NCBI GenBank assembly: GCA_036785375.1
Contig: JAWMAR010000471.1
Coordinates: 1,178,001-1,242,000, forward strand
Origin: Leucoraja ocellata
Taxonomy: Eukaryota
Length of the DNA stretch: 64,000 nt
Direction: 5' to 3'
The number at the start of each line of letters is the position of its first letter. Positions within the stretch are counted from its first letter, which is position 1. Below are positions 63,001-64,000 of the stretch, piece after piece. A program made the translations under genes and the position numbers. The notes below the pieces were generated by a model. The model made no database searches. It saw nothing but the letters and a program-made list of their open reading frames with translations, and was not told the DNA's origin.

Positions 63001-63121
63001 GTTTCCATATATTTTGCAAAATGTGATGAACTACCGGAGACGGTAACTAGTTTCTGTGTGTGTCACAGTCTCCAACAGTCAATGTTAAAACAATAACTAT
63101 TCCACTGTTATTTTTCCACAG

Positions 63122-63466
63122 ATTCGATGTCCGCGGTTTCCCAGAGTACGCCTCAACAATCCTCTCTTTCTGGTGACACTGCCACCCTTAACTGCGTATA
63201 TTCCGGAATCTGCTCGTACACAGTACACTGGTACCGACAGTTCCCAGGGCAGGCTCTGGAATTCCTGCTCCAAAGACACATTTCAGGAAAGCAAGATGAG
63301 GAAGCGGCTGCCGAAGGTCGTATTTCTGGTTCTCTCGATCCTGCCCAGAAAATCAGTCAGTTAACGCTCTCTGAGGTTCTGCCGAGCGACGAGGCTGTGT
63401 ATTACTGTGGGATGAGTCCGCGCATCGCACAGTGGCACAGCGCAGTGAGATAGCTGTACCAAAACC
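63122..63466 (+). CDS. TRDV: Supporting TCRdelta V exon 2 (63122..63427) with 23-RSS (63428..63466)
   Basis: Acceptor tttttccacag; CVYSGICSYTVHWYRQ..DEAVYYC; CACAGTG-23-ACCAAAACC; no leader seen upstream. Confidence 0.88.
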
Positions 63467-63634
63467 TCAGCGTGGCGGGATACAGGCACACAGCACTGCA
63501 GAACATCTGGGGCGCTAACCGAGAACCTCAGTGTAGTATGGATTGTTTACACGTTGCCACGGAAGGAAAGAAAGAAAACATTACAAAGATAAATTATGTT
63601 GAAACTTACAGAAACACAATTAGTCTGGGAAGAG

Positions 63635-63865
63635 NNNNNNNNNNNNNNNNNNNNNNNNNNNNNNNNNNNNNNNNNNNNNNNNNNNNNNNNNNNNNNNNNN
63701 NNNNNNNNNNNNNNNNNNNNNNNNNNNNNNNNNNNNNNNNNNNNNNNNNNNNNNNNNNNNNNNNNNNNNNNNNNNNNNNNNNNNNNNNNNNNNNNNNNNN
63801 NNNNNNNNNNNNNNNNNNNNNNNNNNNNNNNNNNNNNNNNNNNNNNNNNNNNNNNNNNNNNNNNN
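63635..63865. other. Assembly gap (231 N)
   Basis: Run of Ns. Confidence 0.99.
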
Positions 63866-64000
63866 TCCGACGCTGAGAAGTTTCGAAACGCCCGTTCAAA
63901 AGTTTTTGTCGGAGGGAAGAGGTACAGAGGCAGCGAGAGTTCGAAGTCTGACCTAACGTCGGACTGCGGAAACTTTCCATTTTAAAGGATATCTCCATTC

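Larger units (their letters stand above)
48015..63634. repeat. Segmental duplicon B: GPCR(-), two NAR-type V-D-J cassettes(+), supporting Vdelta(+)
   Basis: Colinear with duplicon A, plus an internal tandem repeat of the CR1-mosaic + cassette block (~51.5-56.0 vs ~57.0-60.4 kb). Confidence 0.88.

Noticed and set aside
1-64000. CRISPR arrays, rRNA, intact tRNA genes, Ig/TCR constant exons
   Set aside because: None seen. The short tandem repeats are LINE/SINE tails.

Overview
Eukaryotic, repeat-rich DNA, most likely from a cartilaginous fish and probably a skate or ray (inferred from gene content and CR1 families). The right half is part of a T-cell receptor delta locus of the NAR-TCR (doubly rearranging) type. 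It holds three IgNAR-like leader-V-D-J cassettes (about 39.1-40.4, 54.2-55.5 and 58.7-60.1 kb) with readable RSSs (V 22-bp spacer, D 12/12, J 23). It also holds two leaderless 'supporting' TCRdelta V exons with a CDR1 cysteine and 23-RSS (45.4 and 63.1 kb). These are interleaved with a family of two-exon GPR139/142-like orphan class A GPCR genes: four copies, one frameshifted. GPCR and NAR-TCR segments were copied together as a 16-17 kb duplicon, transcribed divergently. Cassette 3 has lost its leader (11-bp deletion, GT>AT donor, CR1 insertion in the promoter region) but keeps intact V, D, J, RSSs and splice sites. It sits between cassette 2 and a supporting Vdelta, which raises the possibility of a receptor with three V domains. 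The first 21 kb is a near-perfect inverted duplication around a 200-N gap and may be an assembly artefact. The rest is CR1, L1, Tx1, Rex1/Babar, Penelope and SINE debris. Transposon boundaries are approximate; all comparisons were made by eye.
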